Below, in pieces: positions 62,043 to 64,000 of a stretch of 64,000 bases of DNA (its first letter is position 1; each line of letters starts with the position of its first letter). The translations under genes and the position numbers were made by a program. Origin of the DNA: Phycisphaerae bacterium (GTDB lineage: Bacteria > Planctomycetota > Phycisphaerae > UBA1845); the NCBI GenBank assembly GCA_963666835.2, contig CAXXGO010000006.1, positions 2,144,001 through 2,208,000 of the forward strand, written 5' to 3'. Below the pieces are notes generated by a model, which ran no database searches, had not been told where the DNA came from, and was given only the letters and a program-made list of their open reading frames with translations.

Positions 62043-62648
62043 ATGCTTCTTCAGCGACGCGAATGGCCGGTCCTGTTCGTCAACGTGGCGTACCTCTCAG
62101 TGTTCACAACGATTGCGCTGGGGCGGGCCAACTACGAGTTTGTGCTCTATGCCGGGGTTGTGCTGGTAGCGGCCGGGTGGGTTCTGTGGAAGCAGAGCGC
62201 CGTTCGGTTCGATTCGGGCGTCCTTTGGGGGCTTACGCTCTGGGGTTTTCTGCACATGGCCGGGGGCAATATCTCGGTGGGTGACGGGGTCCTTTACGAT
62301 GTGTGCCTGGTCCCCTTGGTGCCGGCGCCGTATCACATTCTGCGGTTTGACCATGTGGTTCACGTGGCGGGGTTCGGCGTAATGACGCTAGTGTGTCATC
62401 ACATTCTGGGCTTCTATCTGAAGGACCGAATCACGCGCTGGTGGGGGCTGGCGATACTGGTTGTGATGATGGGCTCGGGGGTGGGGGCGCTTAACGAGAT
62501 CATCGAATTCGCGGCGGTGCTGTTGGTTCCCGAAACCGGCGTGGGCGGGTACTACAACACCTTGCTGGATCTCGTGTGCAACCTGATCGGAGGAATCGTC
62601 GCAGTCTGTTGGATCGGCTGGCGCCGGCCGCACGAGGTGTCAGGATGA
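62043..62648 (+). CDS. DUF2238/YjdF-like membrane protein
   Basis: LHMAGG, FDHVVH, NEIIEF, DLVCNLIG within TM helices; start uncertain (62031 or 62043). Confidence 0.75.
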   Translation: MLLQRREWPVLFVNVAYLSVFTTIALGRANYEFVLYAGVVLVAAGWVLWKQSAVRFDSGVLWGLTLWGFLHMAGGNISVGDGVLYDVCLVPLVPAPYHILRFDHVVHVAGFGVMTLVCHHILGFYLKDRITRWWGLAILVVMMGSGVGALNEIIEFAAVLLVPETGVGGYYNTLLDLVCNLIGGIVAVCWIGWRRPHEVSG

Positions 62649-62709
62649 TTCCGCAGCCGTTGCTAGAACCACCCTGACACCTTCTCTCTGACTTCTCTCT
62701 GCCCCTGGG

Positions 62710-63978
62710 CTAACCCGTCTTCTCCTTGGGAGCGTCGGCCTGGGCGATCGGCCCGGGCCTCATCTTCGGGAACTTGATGTCTTCGTCGTGGCACTCTGAG
62801 CACGAAGGCGCGGGAGCGAACTGGCCGTCCTCGTGGCAATCCGTGCAGTCGGCGTCCTCGTGGTTATCGTCAAGGACCTGCCCGGTCAGGCTATGGTCGA
62901 AGGAGTCTGCGTCCCAATCCGTATGACACGTGGCGCATTCGTGGTCGAGATCACGGGCAAACAGGAGCCGCTTGTGGCACGCCCGGCACGAAAGCTCCCC
63001 GTGGTGTTTCTGCAAAGCGAATCCCGTCGAGGCGTGATCGAAATGTTTAGGCGAAGGCGTTTCCTCCGTGGAATGGCAGCGTTCGCACGTGTCTTCCCCG
63101 TGGCAGTTGAAGCAGCCGTCATGTGTCATGGGGCCGGTCCCGGCGACCCGCTCGCGCGGCGTATCCGACCGCTCGTGGCACTGGGCGCAGCTCTCGTCGC
63201 GATGGCACCGCTCACATTCGAAGCCGTAGCGCTCGATATGCTCGCGATGCCGGAACATCACGTTGGGCCCGTCTTCGTAGTCCACCTTGCGCAAGATATG
63301 CTCAGGGTTGTCCAGCGGAGGGTGCGCTCCGGCGATGTCCCCATGGTTGAGCAGGTCATTGACCGGCAAAGACTTAGTAGCGTTTCCCTTTGGGAGGTGA
63401 CAGGCCGAGCATTTGGTGTTGTGCGCCCAGGTGCGGTGGCAACCCATACACTGTCGATGGTAAGCGCCTTTGAGGCTCGGCATGCGCATGTCTTCCATCT
63501 TGTCTTTCGAGAAGGTGGCTTTGTGGCAAACGCTGCAGTTGGGATGGGCCTCGCCCGGCGTGGAGTGGTGGTGGCAGGTTTCACACCCGTCGCCCATGTT
63601 GGCCATATCCGCATGCGACTTGTGGGTGAACGGAACGGCCATGAACCGCCGATCCTCCCAGTCGAAGGCATCAAGAAGAAGGACGTCATCCGGCAACTCG
63701 TCGTTGTTAGCGGTGGCGGGAGCCGGCGCAGGACGCGGACACTCTCGCAGGCACGGGGTGGTTTCGGTCGGCTCCGCGCACGCGTGGCACTTCGCGCAAT
63801 CCATTGCGGCAGAGTCTGCGGCGGCGGATCCGGCTTCGCCCGCCGGCGTGGTTGCGGGGCGCGGTCGCGCCGCCGGCCAGGAGCTCGCTAAGGCGACAAG
63901 CGGAATAGCCACCAAGGCGACTACCGCCAAACCGACGAGTTGGGAATAAGCTGCTCGTGAATAGGGTTGCTTCTTCAT
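62710..63978 (-). CDS. Periplasmic multiheme cytochrome c (13 CxxCH), cytochrome c3/Hmc-like
   Basis: Signal peptide; 13 CxxCH counted; VPFTHKSH, CETCHH, LKGAYHRQCMGCH c3-type motifs. Confidence 0.93.
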   Translation of the reverse strand: MKKQPYSRAAYSQLVGLAVVALVAIPLVALASSWPAARPRPATTPAGEAGSAAADSAAMDCAKCHACAEPTETTPCLRECPRPAPAPATANNDELPDDVLLLDAFDWEDRRFMAVPFTHKSHADMANMGDGCETCHHHSTPGEAHPNCSVCHKATFSKDKMEDMRMPSLKGAYHRQCMGCHRTWAHNTKCSACHLPKGNATKSLPVNDLLNHGDIAGAHPPLDNPEHILRKVDYEDGPNVMFRHREHIERYGFECERCHRDESCAQCHERSDTPRERVAGTGPMTHDGCFNCHGEDTCERCHSTEETPSPKHFDHASTGFALQKHHGELSCRACHKRLLFARDLDHECATCHTDWDADSFDHSLTGQVLDDNHEDADCTDCHEDGQFAPAPSCSECHDEDIKFPKMRPGPIAQADAPKEKTG

Positions 63979-64000
63979 TTCGCCCTCGCTTTTCCAGGAT

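Overview
GC-rich bacterial window. Gene content suggests Planctomycetota/Phycisphaerae (giant FliD, Sua5-phosphatase fusion, McsAB, GldAFG-DUF4340 ABC module, many acidic lipoproteins); this is an inference. Most of it is housekeeping and envelope genes: Rne/Rng, an nfeD-floA cluster, fcl, S41 protease, uvrA, thiC with a TPP riboswitch, HDOD, two flagellins, fliD, fliS, C69 dipeptidase, an ABC-2 exporter, HTH-PTS IIA, feoAB, aspS, rpiB, M16 peptidase, mcsAB, a PTPS, trpE and a 13-heme cytochrome c. The standout is 36.7-41.0 kb. A secreted protein with a 14-Cys HExxH metallopeptidase-like C-terminal domain is followed by three paralogous small exported proteins. Between the first two lies an unannotated, start-less, diverged copy of the peptidase C-terminus (38680-38832, 27/48 aa identical). 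The modules are separated by nested REP-like repeats. This layout (toxin + immunity, orphan tip + immunity, orphan immunity) resembles a polymorphic toxin or protease-inhibitor cassette system; I do not recognise its families. Other points of note: a TPP aptamer with a 37-nt L5 insertion, a switch-like flagellin leader, four equally spaced sigma28-like promoters, two Fur-like boxes, a partial floA duplication and a PTPS-III-like motif. All calls come from reading the sequence; no database searches were run.
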